A DNA stretch of 26,112 bases from a virus (Duplodnaviria > Caudoviricetes): positions 1-26,112 of the IMG/VR virus record IMGVR_UViG_3300044504_000122. One strand, written 5' to 3'. The notes beneath the pieces were generated by a model, which saw nothing but the letters and a program-made list of their open reading frames with translations, was not told where the DNA came from and made no database searches. How positions within the stretch are numbered: position 1 is the first letter of the stretch; every line of letters starts with the position of its first letter. The position numbers and the translations under genes were made by a program. Shown here piece after piece: positions 16,634-25,374 of this stretch.

Positions 16634-17074
16634 ATGAAAACAAAATTTGAAGCATTCGTCGAAGAGATATTGTGCCACGACTATTCCCCAGAAGGGATTG
16701 ATGAGTGGGGCGACTTAAACGAAGAACATCAGGAAGAAATAAAAATCGAAGTCATAGATGACGATGTTGAATACAAAAGCTGGGAAGAATATTTTTTTGA
16801 CTGCAACGAAAGATTGGACCTGTTAAAAGGAATTAGCCGCTCACATATAAACGGGCTACTTGACGCGAAAAATAAAAACAAATTTGAAAAGAAATATGCA
16901 AATAATGCGAAAGAGCTTTGCAGCAAAGTAAAAAAAGAATTTTGTGAAATCCTTGACGATTATTGCAAATGGCGGGTCGATGAAATAATAGCTAATTACA
17001 CTTTCCCGACAGAAAGAGAATTATATTTTTCAGACAATGAAACCGAATTACTAGAAGAAATGCGAGGTGATTAA
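16634..17074 (+). CDS. Acidic hypothetical protein
   Basis: Start reassigned to ATG 16634 (GAGG RBS); D/E-dense N- and C-termini. Confidence 0.75.
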   Translation: MKTKFEAFVEEILCHDYSPEGIDEWGDLNEEHQEEIKIEVIDDDVEYKSWEEYFFDCNERLDLLKGISRSHINGLLDAKNKNKFEKKYANNAKELCSKVKKEFCEILDDYCKWRVDEIIANYTFPTERELYFSDNETELLEEMRGD

Positions 17075-17583
17075 TGGGTATCCCTGAACATCGTGTAAAT
17101 GCACTAACTTTTGCTACGCATGCGCCTGAGCTTTTAAAAGGAATGCAAGGAGCGCAGTTAGCACCTGAAAATTCTATGGAGTGTGGGGAAGAACGCGAAA
17201 AACAACCACAAATTATTATCAAAACCTCCTGCGAAACAATTACTAGTCAAAAATTAAATTTTGAACATGACATGTTGTTAATGACCGCGCGAGAGGCTGT
17301 AGCTGTATATGGAGAGTATTTGGGCGGGGGATTTCATGATATTATTATTCGGGATGATTTGTTACCAAGCCTCACAGCTAATCACTTGCAAGCCTTAGGG
17401 GGCAATAGCAACTTCCCTAAAATTAAAATTATAAATTCCAAAAACGATAAATATATTTTGGGGGCAGTATTTTTTTGGCAAGCCATTTCCCATTCTAATA
17501 ATAAACCACAATGGATGCGCAAGCTTTGGAAATGGCTTGTTAAAAAAATTACTAAATATCAAAACACACACGAGGAACAATAA
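17074..17583 (+). CDS. Hypothetical protein
   Basis: TAATG coupling and GAGGTG RBS. Confidence 0.7.
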   Translation: MGIPEHRVNALTFATHAPELLKGMQGAQLAPENSMECGEEREKQPQIIIKTSCETITSQKLNFEHDMLLMTAREAVAVYGEYLGGGFHDIIIRDDLLPSLTANHLQALGGNSNFPKIKIINSKNDKYILGAVFFWQAISHSNNKPQWMRKLWKWLVKKITKYQNTHEEQ

Positions 17584-17584
17584 A

Positions 17585-17992
17585 ATGTCACAAAATTTAC
17601 CATTACAACTTAGAGGCACATTGCATTCCGTCGAAGCATTGACTGTTAGCAAGAACGGTCTTAATATTAGAAGAATTCTGCTTAATGTTACTAAATTCGA
17701 TGCAAAGAAGCAGGAGGTTGATGAATTATTCCCGATAGCTTTTTTTGGGGATTTAGCTAAAAATTTCAATCAAAAAGTTGGCGACGAAATAACTGTCGAT
17801 ATAAAATTGTGCGCAAATGAAGGCGTATCTAACAACGGAAAACCGTTTCGCAATGTTTCAATAGCGGGCAAAAAGGTATCTATATCGCCTTATAGCAATC
17901 AGACCAAAGCGGGGGCAAGTTACCAACAGCAACAGCAACAGCAACAACAACAGCAGCAACCGCAAGACGACTACGATAGTATTCCATTCTAA
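17585..17992 (+). CDS. ssb: Single-stranded DNA-binding protein
   Basis: OB-fold-like N-terminus, polyQ linker, C-terminal DDYDSIPF; next to the Sak4-like gene; start ATG 17585. Confidence 0.8.
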   Translation: MSQNLPLQLRGTLHSVEALTVSKNGLNIRRILLNVTKFDAKKQEVDELFPIAFFGDLAKNFNQKVGDEITVDIKLCANEGVSNNGKPFRNVSIAGKKVSISPYSNQTKAGASYQQQQQQQQQQQQPQDDYDSIPF

Positions 17993-18017
17993 TATTCTAA
18001 TATTCGGAGAACTAAAA

Positions 18018-18947
18018 ATGTCACAAACAATTTTAATTTACGGCGAAAGCGGTGCTGGTAAAAGCACATCTATCCGCACTCTTAAGCATGAAGAAACCTT
18101 TGTTATAAATGTGCTGGGTAAACCGTTACCCTTCAAAGGTTGGAAAAACAAATACATCATTAAAGATAAGGAAAACAAAGGGAACATGATCGCAACAGAT
18201 AGAAGCCAAAACATAGTGAAAATATTGGCGGCAATCAGCAAAGACTTGCCATACATAAAAAATATTATTATTGATGACTTTCAATATGTAATGGCCAACG
18301 AATTTATGAGCAGGGCTTTAGAAAAAGGGTACGAGAAATTCAGCGAAATTGGGCAAAACGCATGGAATATCATCATGCAAGCATCTTCGTTGCGAGAAGA
18401 TATAAAAGTATTTTTTCTTTCTCATTCAGAAACCAATGAAACAACTGGTAAAACTAAAATTAAAACGATAGGAAGAATGCTCGACGAAAAAGTGTGCTTA
18501 GAGGGCATGTTCACAATTGTTTTGTTCGCAACAGTTGTTGACAATCGTTATTGCTTTTGCACTCAAAGCTGCAATAATATTGTCGCTAAAAGCCCACACG
18601 AAATGTTTGCCGATAAAATTATAGAAAATGATTTGAGTTATGTTGCGGCTAAAATTGATGAATATGAAAAAGAACAGGATATATCATATAGAAAAGAAGA
18701 GGATAACATAGCGACCATAAAGACAAGCGAACCAGCAGAACCAACAGACGAATATAAAACAAAAATGATTAATATGGTTGATAAGTGCGCAGATTTAGAA
18801 GCGTTGCGGATAATTTACAATAATTTGAAGGAGAATTTTGCCGCCACGAATTTTTTCAAGAATGAATTGGCTGGCTTATTTGTTAAAACAGGAAAACAAT
18901 TAAAAAAAGAAAAAGAAGAAGAATGTAATTTAGATATTCCACAATAA
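18018..18947 (+). CDS. Sak4-like (AAA_24) P-loop recombination ATPase
   Basis: ILIYGESGAGKSTS, IIIDDFQY, KTIGRMLDEK..EGMFTIVL, AKSP. Confidence 0.85.
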   Translation: MSQTILIYGESGAGKSTSIRTLKHEETFVINVLGKPLPFKGWKNKYIIKDKENKGNMIATDRSQNIVKILAAISKDLPYIKNIIIDDFQYVMANEFMSRALEKGYEKFSEIGQNAWNIIMQASSLREDIKVFFLSHSETNETTGKTKIKTIGRMLDEKVCLEGMFTIVLFATVVDNRYCFCTQSCNNIVAKSPHEMFADKIIENDLSYVAAKIDEYEKEQDISYRKEEDNIATIKTSEPAEPTDEYKTKMINMVDKCADLEALRIIYNNLKENFAATNFFKNELAGLFVKTGKQLKKEKEEECNLDIPQ

Positions 18948-18958
18948 CAGGGGGAGAA

Positions 18959-19624
18959 ATGAACAACAATTACGACGACAGCTTAAAAGCGGTTGAAAAA
19001 ATACACAAAGACATCCAAGCCGAATACATATCGTTTAATGTACTAACTGACGATGATTATGCGCGCAGTGCGGATTTTTTGAAACTTATAAAAAACAAAA
19101 TAAAGGCTATAGAAGACACCAGAAAAGGGTTAGTCAAACCTTTTAATGACGGGGTTAAAAAAATTAACACTCTTTTTAAAAAACCAATCGATGACATAAC
19201 AATAATCAAAACATCATTAGAAGAAAAAATGTTGCTTTATGCCAAAGATAAAGCAGCAAAAGAATTAGAGAAGCAAGAAAAATTAAGAAAAGAAGAAGCT
19301 GAAAAATTAAAAGCATTAGCAGAAAAAGAAAAAGAAATGGCTTCTTTATTTGGCGACAACAAACTTTACGCTGACGCTCAAATCAATCTTCAAAAAGCAT
19401 CTATTGCAGAAACAAAAGAAATAAAAATAGAAACTCGTGTGCGAGGTCAATGTAGCACCACATCTATTCGCAAGAAATGGGTTTATGAAGTTGTAGAAGC
19501 GAACAAAGTGCCTGCGGAATTTCTGTCCCCCGATGATATAAAAATAAAACGAGCTATCGATGCGGGCTTAAGAAATATTGATGGCATCAAAATTTACGAG
19601 AAAGAGATTTTAGTGTCCAGATAA
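18959..19624 (+). CDS. Coiled-coil phage protein of the recombination module
   Basis: Long K/E coiled coil; the C-terminal W.YEVV...VPAEFL...IK.AI..G...IDGIKIY is loosely Gp157-like. Confidence 0.7.
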   Translation: MNNNYDDSLKAVEKIHKDIQAEYISFNVLTDDDYARSADFLKLIKNKIKAIEDTRKGLVKPFNDGVKKINTLFKKPIDDITIIKTSLEEKMLLYAKDKAAKELEKQEKLRKEEAEKLKALAEKEKEMASLFGDNKLYADAQINLQKASIAETKEIKIETRVRGQCSTTSIRKKWVYEVVEANKVPAEFLSPDDIKIKRAIDAGLRNIDGIKIYEKEILVSR

Positions 19625-19658
19625 GAACATTAGTAAAACAATAAAAGAAAGGTTATTT

Positions 19659-19829
19659 ATGAAGATATCGCTTACATTTCCAACTATACTATTTTTAATA
19701 TTCATGACGTTAAAATTATGCGGAGCTATAACGTGGAGTTGGCTGTGGGTATTCAGCCCACTGTGGATAGCAATAGGGTTAGCAGTTATTTTCTTTTTAT
19801 TGTACATGTATTTTTATCATAAAGGGTAA
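19659..19829 (+). CDS. 56 aa two-TM phage membrane protein
   Basis: MKISLTFPTILFLIFMTLKLCGAITWSWLWVFSPLWIAIG...; the LKLxGxIxWSWxWVxSPLW motif is common in phages. Absent from the ORF track. Confidence 0.8.
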   Translation: MKISLTFPTILFLIFMTLKLCGAITWSWLWVFSPLWIAIGLAVIFFLLYMYFYHKG

Positions 19830-19831
19830 TC

Positions 19832-20242
19832 GTGAAACAAAAATCATTCAAAATACCAGAGACAGCTAAAGGGAAAGCAATAGGCGCGGAAATGTATCGC
19901 AGGCTTTTCTTAAGCGCAATAAAAGACTTAGGAATTGAAAAGCCACAAGAAGAATATCGCATATATATAAAAGGCAAGGAGAAGGGCGAACATCCCTCCA
20001 GAATTGATTTCGCATGGGAAGATATAAAGATGGCTGTTGAGATAGAGGGCGGAGTATGGAGCGGAGGCAGGCATGTAAGGGGAAAAGGCTACTTACACGA
20101 TATGCTTAAATACAATTGGCTGTCTCTCAATGGCTGGACGCTATTAAGATACACTTGGCAAACGATTAATTACAAAGAAATTGCAGAGTTTTATTTTATT
20201 TCAAAAAAAGTATTTAATAAACTAGACAAACTACACATTTAA
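19832..20242 (+). CDS. PD-(D/E)xK endonuclease, DUF559/Vsr-like
   Basis: EYR..RIDFAW..MAVEIEGGVW.GGRH.RG.GY..D..KYN....GW.LLR. Confidence 0.85.
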   Translation: MKQKSFKIPETAKGKAIGAEMYRRLFLSAIKDLGIEKPQEEYRIYIKGKEKGEHPSRIDFAWEDIKMAVEIEGGVWSGGRHVRGKGYLHDMLKYNWLSLNGWTLLRYTWQTINYKEIAEFYFISKKVFNKLDKLHI

Positions 20243-20252
20243 ATAAGATAAA

Positions 20253-20864
20253 ATGAACGTATTAGACACAATAATTGATTTACAGTTTTTGAAAGATAAA
20301 GACGCTTGCAAAGAGGGCATTGTATATTTTGAGAAAAACATCAAAGAGCCTATCGCGGCGCGGGAGTTGATAGAGAAGCTCCTTGCAACAAAGAAGCGGG
20401 AAAAAATGGAATGGGTGAGTTGGCTTCTTTGTCAATTATTTAATCTCCCACACTACATCCAGTACGCGGTTTTTGCTTCAGAGCAAGTACTACCAATTTT
20501 TGAAGCTAAATATCCATCCGACAAACGCCCGCGCGAAGCAATCGAAGCCGCTAAGAAAGTTGCGCTTAATGACACTGAGGAAAATAGAAAAATTGCGGCT
20601 AGAGCGGCTTATGTGGCTAATGAGGCGGCTAATGCGGCTAATGAGGCGGCTAATGCGGCTAATGCGGCGGCTTATGCGGCTAATGCGGCGGCTTATGCGG
20701 CTAATGCGGTGGCTTATGCGGCGGATTATGCGGCGGATTATGCGGCGGCTTATGTGGCTTATGCGGCTGAGGCGGCGGCTAATGCGGTGGCTTATACGGC
20801 TGGAGGCAAAGAAATGCTCCTAAAAATAATTAGCTTTGGAATTGGATTATTGGAGAATAAATAA
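20253..20864 (+). CDS. Imm5-like domain protein with Ala-rich repeat, paralogue 2
   Basis: Same architecture as paralogue 1, with GCGGCT(A/T/G)AT repeats. Confidence 0.85.
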   Translation: MNVLDTIIDLQFLKDKDACKEGIVYFEKNIKEPIAARELIEKLLATKKREKMEWVSWLLCQLFNLPHYIQYAVFASEQVLPIFEAKYPSDKRPREAIEAAKKVALNDTEENRKIAARAAYVANEAANAANEAANAANAAAYAANAAAYAANAVAYAADYAADYAAAYVAYAAEAAANAVAYTAGGKEMLLKIISFGIGLLENK

Positions 20865-21442
20865 TGGGCACATTAGACACAATGATTGATTTAGGGTTTT
20901 TGAAAGATAAAGATGCTTGCGAAAAGGGCATCGTATATTTCGAAACACAGATAGCAGAGCCAATCGCGGCGCGGGAGCTTATAAACAGGCTGCTTGCAGC
21001 TGATGATGTTGGAAAAATCTGGTGGGTGAATTGGCTTCTTTGTCGATTATTTACTCGCCCACAGTACATACAGTACGCGATATTCTCGGCTGAGCAAGTA
21101 TTATCGATTTTCGAAGCAAAATATCCAGCTGACAAACGCCCTCGAGAAGCTATTGAAGCCGCTAAACAAGTGCTGATTGAAGACAATGAAGGGAATAGGG
21201 CGAAGGCGAGGGCGGCGGCTGATGAGGCTTATGTGACTTATTCGGCGGCTAATGCGGCTAATACTGCGGCTAATGCGGCGGCTTATGCGGCTTATGCTGC
21301 TGGTAATTCGCTTCATTCGGCGGCTTATTTGGCGGTTAATGCGGCGGCTTATGCAGCTCATGCGACTTACGCGGCTGGAGGTAAAGAAATGCTACTAAAA
21401 ATAATTAGCTTTGGAATTGGATTATTGGAGAATAAAAGATGA
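20864..21442 (+). CDS. Imm5-like domain protein with Ala-rich repeat, paralogue 3
   Basis: TAATG-coupled; long segments identical to paralogue 1. Confidence 0.85.
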   Translation: MGTLDTMIDLGFLKDKDACEKGIVYFETQIAEPIAARELINRLLAADDVGKIWWVNWLLCRLFTRPQYIQYAIFSAEQVLSIFEAKYPADKRPREAIEAAKQVLIEDNEGNRAKARAAADEAYVTYSAANAANTAANAAAYAAYAAGNSLHSAAYLAVNAAAYAAHATYAAGGKEMLLKIISFGIGLLENKR

Positions 21443-22080
21443 GTAACTTAAACAAAATTATTAATATTGAATTTTTGAAAGACCGCGATGCTTGCAAAGA
21501 GGGCATAAAATATTTTGAGGAAGAAATAAAAGAGCCTATCACCGCGCGGGAGTTGATAGAGAAGCTCCTTGCAGCGGATGATGGCGGAAAAATCTGGTGG
21601 GCGAATTGGCTGCTAGTGCGCTTGTTCGGTCGCGAGCAGGCAATTGCGTATTCGGTTTTTGCTGCTGAGCAAGTTTTGCCAATTTTTGAGCAAGAATATC
21701 CGAATGACAAACGCCCGCGCAAAGCAATCGAGGCCGCTAAGCAAGTTGTGCTTAATGACACTGAGGAAAATAGAAAAATTGCGGTTAATGCGGCTAATGC
21801 GGCGGCTAATGCGACTAATGCGGCTAATGCGGCTAATGCGGCGGCTGATGCGGCGGCTTATGCGGTTTATGCGGCGGCTTATGCGGCGGCTAATGCGGCT
21901 AATGCGGCTTATGTGGCGGATTATGCGGCTTATGCGGTGGCTTATGCGGCTAATGCGGCTGATGCGGCTAATGCGGCTGGAGGCAAAGAAATGCTCCTAA
22001 AAATAATTAGCTTTGGAATTGGATTATTGGAGGTTTTAACTGCTTATGAAAATCCAACAAAATCAAAAGAAATCGGTTAA
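21439..22080 (+). CDS. Imm5-like domain protein with Ala-rich repeat, paralogue 4
   Basis: ATGA-coupled; the last about 15 codons run into the inserted element. Confidence 0.85.
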   Translation: MSNLNKIINIEFLKDRDACKEGIKYFEEEIKEPITARELIEKLLAADDGGKIWWANWLLVRLFGREQAIAYSVFAAEQVLPIFEQEYPNDKRPRKAIEAAKQVVLNDTEENRKIAVNAANAAANATNAANAANAAADAAAYAVYAAAYAAANAANAAYVADYAAYAVAYAANAADAANAAGGKEMLLKIISFGIGLLEVLTAYENPTKSKEIG

Positions 22081-22086
22081 AATCGC

Positions 22087-22115
22087 TTGCTTTTTAACCC
22101 AAAAAGTAGTATATT
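22087..22115 (+). promoter_or_regulatory. Promoter of the inserted element
   Basis: TTGCTT, 17 bp spacer, TATATT, directly after the AAATC repeats. Confidence 0.55.
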
Positions 22116-22128
22116 TAAGGAGTGAAAT

Positions 22129-22299
22129 ATGAAAGTCACAAAGGTAACGAAAGAGTATTTTCAGACAGAGGACGAGAAGGTTTATTTCTTCGAGCCTTTG
22201 GAAAAAGAAATATCCGTTGAGGATATGCAGAAGATTGTTGATGCAAACGAGAAATTAGTTAAGGAGTTGAAAGATGGAACAAATACCGTTTCCAGATAA
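22129..22299 (+). CDS. 56 aa hypothetical protein
   Basis: MKVTKVTKEYFQTEDEKVYFFEPLEKEISVEDMQKIVDANEKLVKELKDGTNTVSR; AAGGAG RBS; overlaps the methyltransferase start. Confidence 0.7.
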   Translation: MKVTKVTKEYFQTEDEKVYFFEPLEKEISVEDMQKIVDANEKLVKELKDGTNTVSR

Positions 22300-22816
22300 A
22301 AAATATCAAATAATTTATGCAGACCCGCCCTGGAGTTACAGAGATAAGGCTTTGGCTGGTAATCGTGGTGCGGGGTGTAAGTACCAAGTTCAAGAAAAAG
22401 ACTGGATAGATAACCTACCTGTTTCAGATATAGCAGATAAAGACTGCATTCTTTTCTTGTGGGTTACTATGCCTAAACTAAATGAGTGTTGGGAACTCAT
22501 AGAAAAATGGGGCTTTGAGTACAAAACAGTTGCTTTTACTTGGGTTAAAAGAAACAAAAAAAGCAATACATGGTTTTGGGGTATGGGTAGATGGACAAGA
22601 GTAAATGCAGAACTATGCTTGATTGCAACTAAAGGAAAGCCAAAAAGAATAAATGCTGGTGTTCATTCTGTAATCGACACTCCCATTGAAGGACACAGTA
22701 AAAAGCCAGACGAAGCAAAAAAAAGAATTATTGAGTTGGTTGGAGATTTACCAAAAATAGAACTTTTTGCCAGACAAAAGACGGACGGCTGGGATGTTTG
22801 GGGCAATGAAGTATGA
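22274..22816 (+). CDS. MT-A70 family N6-adenine methyltransferase
   Basis: IIYADPPW, LFLWVT, WGFEYKT..FTWVK, HSKKP, IELFAR, GWDVWGNE. Confidence 0.93.
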   Translation: MEQIPFPDKKYQIIYADPPWSYRDKALAGNRGAGCKYQVQEKDWIDNLPVSDIADKDCILFLWVTMPKLNECWELIEKWGFEYKTVAFTWVKRNKKSNTWFWGMGRWTRVNAELCLIATKGKPKRINAGVHSVIDTPIEGHSKKPDEAKKRIIELVGDLPKIELFARQKTDGWDVWGNEV

Positions 22817-23430
22817 AAATCTATAAAATCACAGAGGCAAGTGAGTATCTTGGGGTATCAATCAATACGCTCAAGACACTTGCTAACAACGGAAATGTAA
22901 AGTCTTTCAAGACTACTGGAGAGCATAGGCGTTTTCGTCAGGAAGATTTAGACGCTTATATGGGAGTCGAGAAAGAGAAACAAGAAAAGTTGACTGTGAT
23001 TTATGCCAGATGTTCAACAGCCAAACAGAAAGAAAACCTTGAGAGGCAAAAAGACAGGTTGAGAAAGTTTGCTGAAAACAAAGGTTACAAATTTATTCTG
23101 ATTGATGAAATAGCAAGTGGAATAAATGAGAAGCGGAAAGGATTACACAAACTAATCAAATTATGTTTTGAGGGCAAAGTTGAACGAATCCTGATTGAGT
23201 ATAAAGACAGGCTTGCCCGATTTGGTTACGAGTATCTGGATGCTATTTTTAAGAATTTGGAAATTACTGTTGAAGTCGTTGAGACGAAAGAAAAGAAATA
23301 TGAAGAAGAATTAGCAGAGGATATTATGAAAATTCTTACCTGTTATTCTGCTCGTTTTTATGGAAGAAGAGGCGGTAGAAAGAAGAAAAATAAGGCTGAA
23401 AATGAGCCTAACGAATCTAATGGAATTTAA
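22813..23430 (+). CDS. tnpA: IS607-family serine transposase (MerR-type HTH + resolvase domain)
   Basis: EASEYLGVSINTL..TTGEHRRF, IYARCS..QKENLERQ, DEIASG, DRLARFG, EELAEDIMKILTCYSARFYGRR. Confidence 0.93.
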   Translation: MKIYKITEASEYLGVSINTLKTLANNGNVKSFKTTGEHRRFRQEDLDAYMGVEKEKQEKLTVIYARCSTAKQKENLERQKDRLRKFAENKGYKFILIDEIASGINEKRKGLHKLIKLCFEGKVERILIEYKDRLARFGYEYLDAIFKNLEITVEVVETKEKKYEEELAEDIMKILTCYSARFYGRRGGRKKKNKAENEPNESNGI

Positions 23431-23469
23431 AAAGGATGCAGCGGAGATTAACAATGGCAAAACATGAAA

Positions 23470-23700
23470 TTATTTACCCTTTAGGATAATTTCTTTTAAA
23501 AGCGTTTTTATTTCTTTCAAATCTTCTTTGAGCGGAGTTATTACATCGTTTAATTTTTCATTCAAATCGTCTCGATAAACGCAGTTTTTCAATATCAAAT
23601 CTATGCCGTTTAATCTATTTCCAAACCATATACACAAGCTTGTTGCTATAACTATAATCGCAGCGCCTAATGCCTCAAAAACGTGGATAATGTCATTCAT
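23470..23700 (-). CDS. Small membrane-anchored coiled-coil protein (lysis-associated)
   Basis: N-terminal TM segment; ATGA overlap with the upstream gene (ATG 23700). Confidence 0.65.
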   Translation of the reverse strand: MNDIIHVFEALGAAIIVIATSLCIWFGNRLNGIDLILKNCVYRDDLNEKLNDVITPLKEDLKEIKTLLKEIILKGK

Positions 23701-24089
23701 ATTAACCTGCTTCCAAACCAAGATGATATTGTAAGTTCCATGAGAGATTTGATAGACGGGTCAATATTTAACTGCATCATTGTAGCCGTAAACATTAAAG
23801 CTATGGAAATAACCGTAAAAACTGGTCTTATACTCGCCCGCAAATCGCAAACCCAAGTGCTTAATTGTTGCCCAGCGATAACATCCTTGTTGTACTCTCT
23901 TATACACGCATCTACGAGCGACGAATAAGCTTTGATATAGTCAGGCAGCACCTCTGGTTTAGTTACTGCTAACGAGCTTATAGTAGCTTTAGGGCTATCA
24001 TCCTTTCCCTTTATAAATTTCTTTTTAATAAAATCAAAGGCAGGCGGGACGATTAACCCAAGCGCGCTTGTAATTATATCTAGAAACAT
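23697..24089 (-). CDS. Putative holin
   Basis: Hydrophobic segments, LRASIRPV and WFGSR motifs (3TM/GTA-holin-like); adjacent to the endolysin. Confidence 0.65.
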   Translation of the reverse strand: MFLDIITSALGLIVPPAFDFIKKKFIKGKDDSPKATISSLAVTKPEVLPDYIKAYSSLVDACIREYNKDVIAGQQLSTWVCDLRASIRPVFTVISIALMFTATMMQLNIDPSIKSLMELTISSWFGSRLI

Positions 24090-24098
24090 AATGCTCCC

Positions 24099-24623
24099 CT
24101 AGTCTTTTTCTAAATACACGTTTTCAAACAATCTATTCAGCCAGCCAGTGATGTACAGTTTTTTCCCTTTTGAATTGTAATAACCTGCCGCCAATCTCTC
24201 GATGACGATCAAAAAAATAGCGTTTTCGCCTTCGCTTTCAAAAGAATTTATTTCCGCTAAGCTTATCTTGCCTATCTTTCCATCTACAGCAACTAAATAA
24301 TCTAGGTTGTCCGCGCAAAAGGCTAAAAAATTAAATGCTTGTTGCAAGATTTTATTTGCCCTCAGTCCGCCAAGATTTACTGCTAAATCGAACGCTTGAT
24401 TAGCTATTTCTTGATTGACTATATCGCCATAATTATTTAGGCTCCAATAATTATCTTGATATATTTTCTTTGCGTCTGCCAAAGTTAGATTTTTTATATC
24501 TAAATCAGGATGGTATTTTTTAGCTATACCATATTTTGTCTCACCGCCTGAGTCGTTTGGATCGTTTGTATAACCTCCTTCATGGCGTAATACAATCTCA
24601 AACGCCTCATCAAAATTAGCCAT
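24099..24623 (-). CDS. Endolysin, glycoside hydrolase family 108
   Basis: HEGGYTNDPNDSGGETKYGI, FDLAVNLG, VDGKIG, GWLNR. Confidence 0.93.
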   Translation of the reverse strand: MANFDEAFEIVLRHEGGYTNDPNDSGGETKYGIAKKYHPDLDIKNLTLADAKKIYQDNYWSLNNYGDIVNQEIANQAFDLAVNLGGLRANKILQQAFNFLAFCADNLDYLVAVDGKIGKISLAEINSFESEGENAIFLIVIERLAAGYYNSKGKKLYITGWLNRLFENVYLEKD

Positions 24624-24627
24624 ATTT

Positions 24628-24792
24628 TTATCCCTCTAATTTAGTTTCATTTGATTTAGCTTGCTGAACTTGCTGAGCTTGCTGGTTTTGCAGCGCACGT
24701 TGTAACTCCATAAACATCATAACAGCAGGTTGTTGCGCTATATGATTTAATAATGCCATAAATAATTTTTCTGTTATAATATATTCTTTCAT
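24628..24792 (-). CDS. Small hypothetical protein
   Basis: Start reassigned to ATG 24792 (GAGG RBS). Confidence 0.6.
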   Translation of the reverse strand: MKEYIITEKLFMALLNHIAQQPAVMMFMELQRALQNQQAQQVQQAKSNETKLEG

Positions 24793-24814
24793 TACTGCCT
24801 CATAGTTGTGGTTT

Positions 24815-25345
24815 TTAAATAAAATTAATATCAATTAAATCAATTTCTTCATTTGTCGTGCATAAATTTATTTGCTCTTCTAACAATGCTTTCTGCAAAA
24901 TTTTAGCCTCTATAAAACTCTTCAAAACTTCCGCGTCTTGCTCATCATAAATGCCAACTTGAGCTAAAATATTAAACTGCGTCTGACTAGGATATTCGCG
25001 TTGAATAGCCGTAATGTAATTATACTCTAATTTTTTTAATGTTTTTAATTTATATTTTTCAATCGTAATTTCTGGCGGCTTGTCTCTTTGCTCTCGGTTT
25101 TTATATTCTGGTTGAGATGTAATCAATGTGACGGTTTCTTCATCCGATAATCCTGCAAAATCTAACTCTTGATATTCGCACTTCATTCTCGCTACGCATC
25201 GGTATATTTTTTCTTTCAAAACATCGTCGGGGTTTCCAAAAAGCCCACAATTACAAACATTGGCTATCCAATTAGCGATAGCCGTGTCATTTTCTAGATT
25301 GTGAAGTAGAGCATTTTTTTGCCACGTTTCTAATATTAGCGTCAT
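24815..25345 (-). CDS. Tail-fibre-associated (assembly chaperone-like) protein
   Basis: GAGGTG RBS; follows the fibre gene; the C-terminal INLCTTNEEIDLIDINF is typical of fibre chaperones. Confidence 0.55.
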   Translation of the reverse strand: MTLILETWQKNALLHNLENDTAIANWIANVCNCGLFGNPDDVLKEKIYRCVARMKCEYQELDFAGLSDEETVTLITSQPEYKNREQRDKPPEITIEKYKLKTLKKLEYNYITAIQREYPSQTQFNILAQVGIYDEQDAEVLKSFIEAKILQKALLEEQINLCTTNEEIDLIDINFI

Positions 25346-25374
25346 AGCACCCTCGAAAAAGTATTAAAAAAATA

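Larger units (their letters stand above)
22029..23446 (+). mobile_element. IS607-family element without tnpB, carrying a small ORF and an MT-A70 methyltransferase
   Basis: TnpA gene; GGAG at both boundaries (22029-32, 23443-46); AAATC x4 at exact 10 bp period (22050, 22060, 22070, 22080). Removing the element rebuilds TTGGAGATTAACAATG. Boundaries are inferred. Confidence 0.65.

Noticed and set aside
17924-17965. CAG/CAA polyQ repeat
   Set aside because: Ordinary low-complexity SSB linker.
20600-21980. Diversity-generating retroelement TR/VR, suggested by AAT to TAT/GAT/CAT variation
   Set aside because: No reverse transcriptase in the window. The tracts differ in length, and many changes are at non-adenine positions (GCG to GTG/TCG, GCT to GTT), which fits slippage and conversion better. 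An RT elsewhere in the genome would reopen this.
20473-22000. MRRLMRL-repeat ORFs and antisense SRIS-repeat ORFs (20473-20823, 21644-22000, 21101-21361; also 12673-12864)
   Set aside because: Shadow frames of the GCGGCTAAT repeat, which has no stops in those frames; no RBS support.
22813-23430. Phage integrase
   Set aside because: Domain order (MerR HTH then catalytic domain) and size match IS607 TnpA, not a large serine integrase; no attP evidence.
23454-23489. tnpB remnant (MAKHEIIYPLG)
   Set aside because: Only 11 codons, overlaps the convergent gene, no recognisable TnpB motif, and lies outside the inferred right end.
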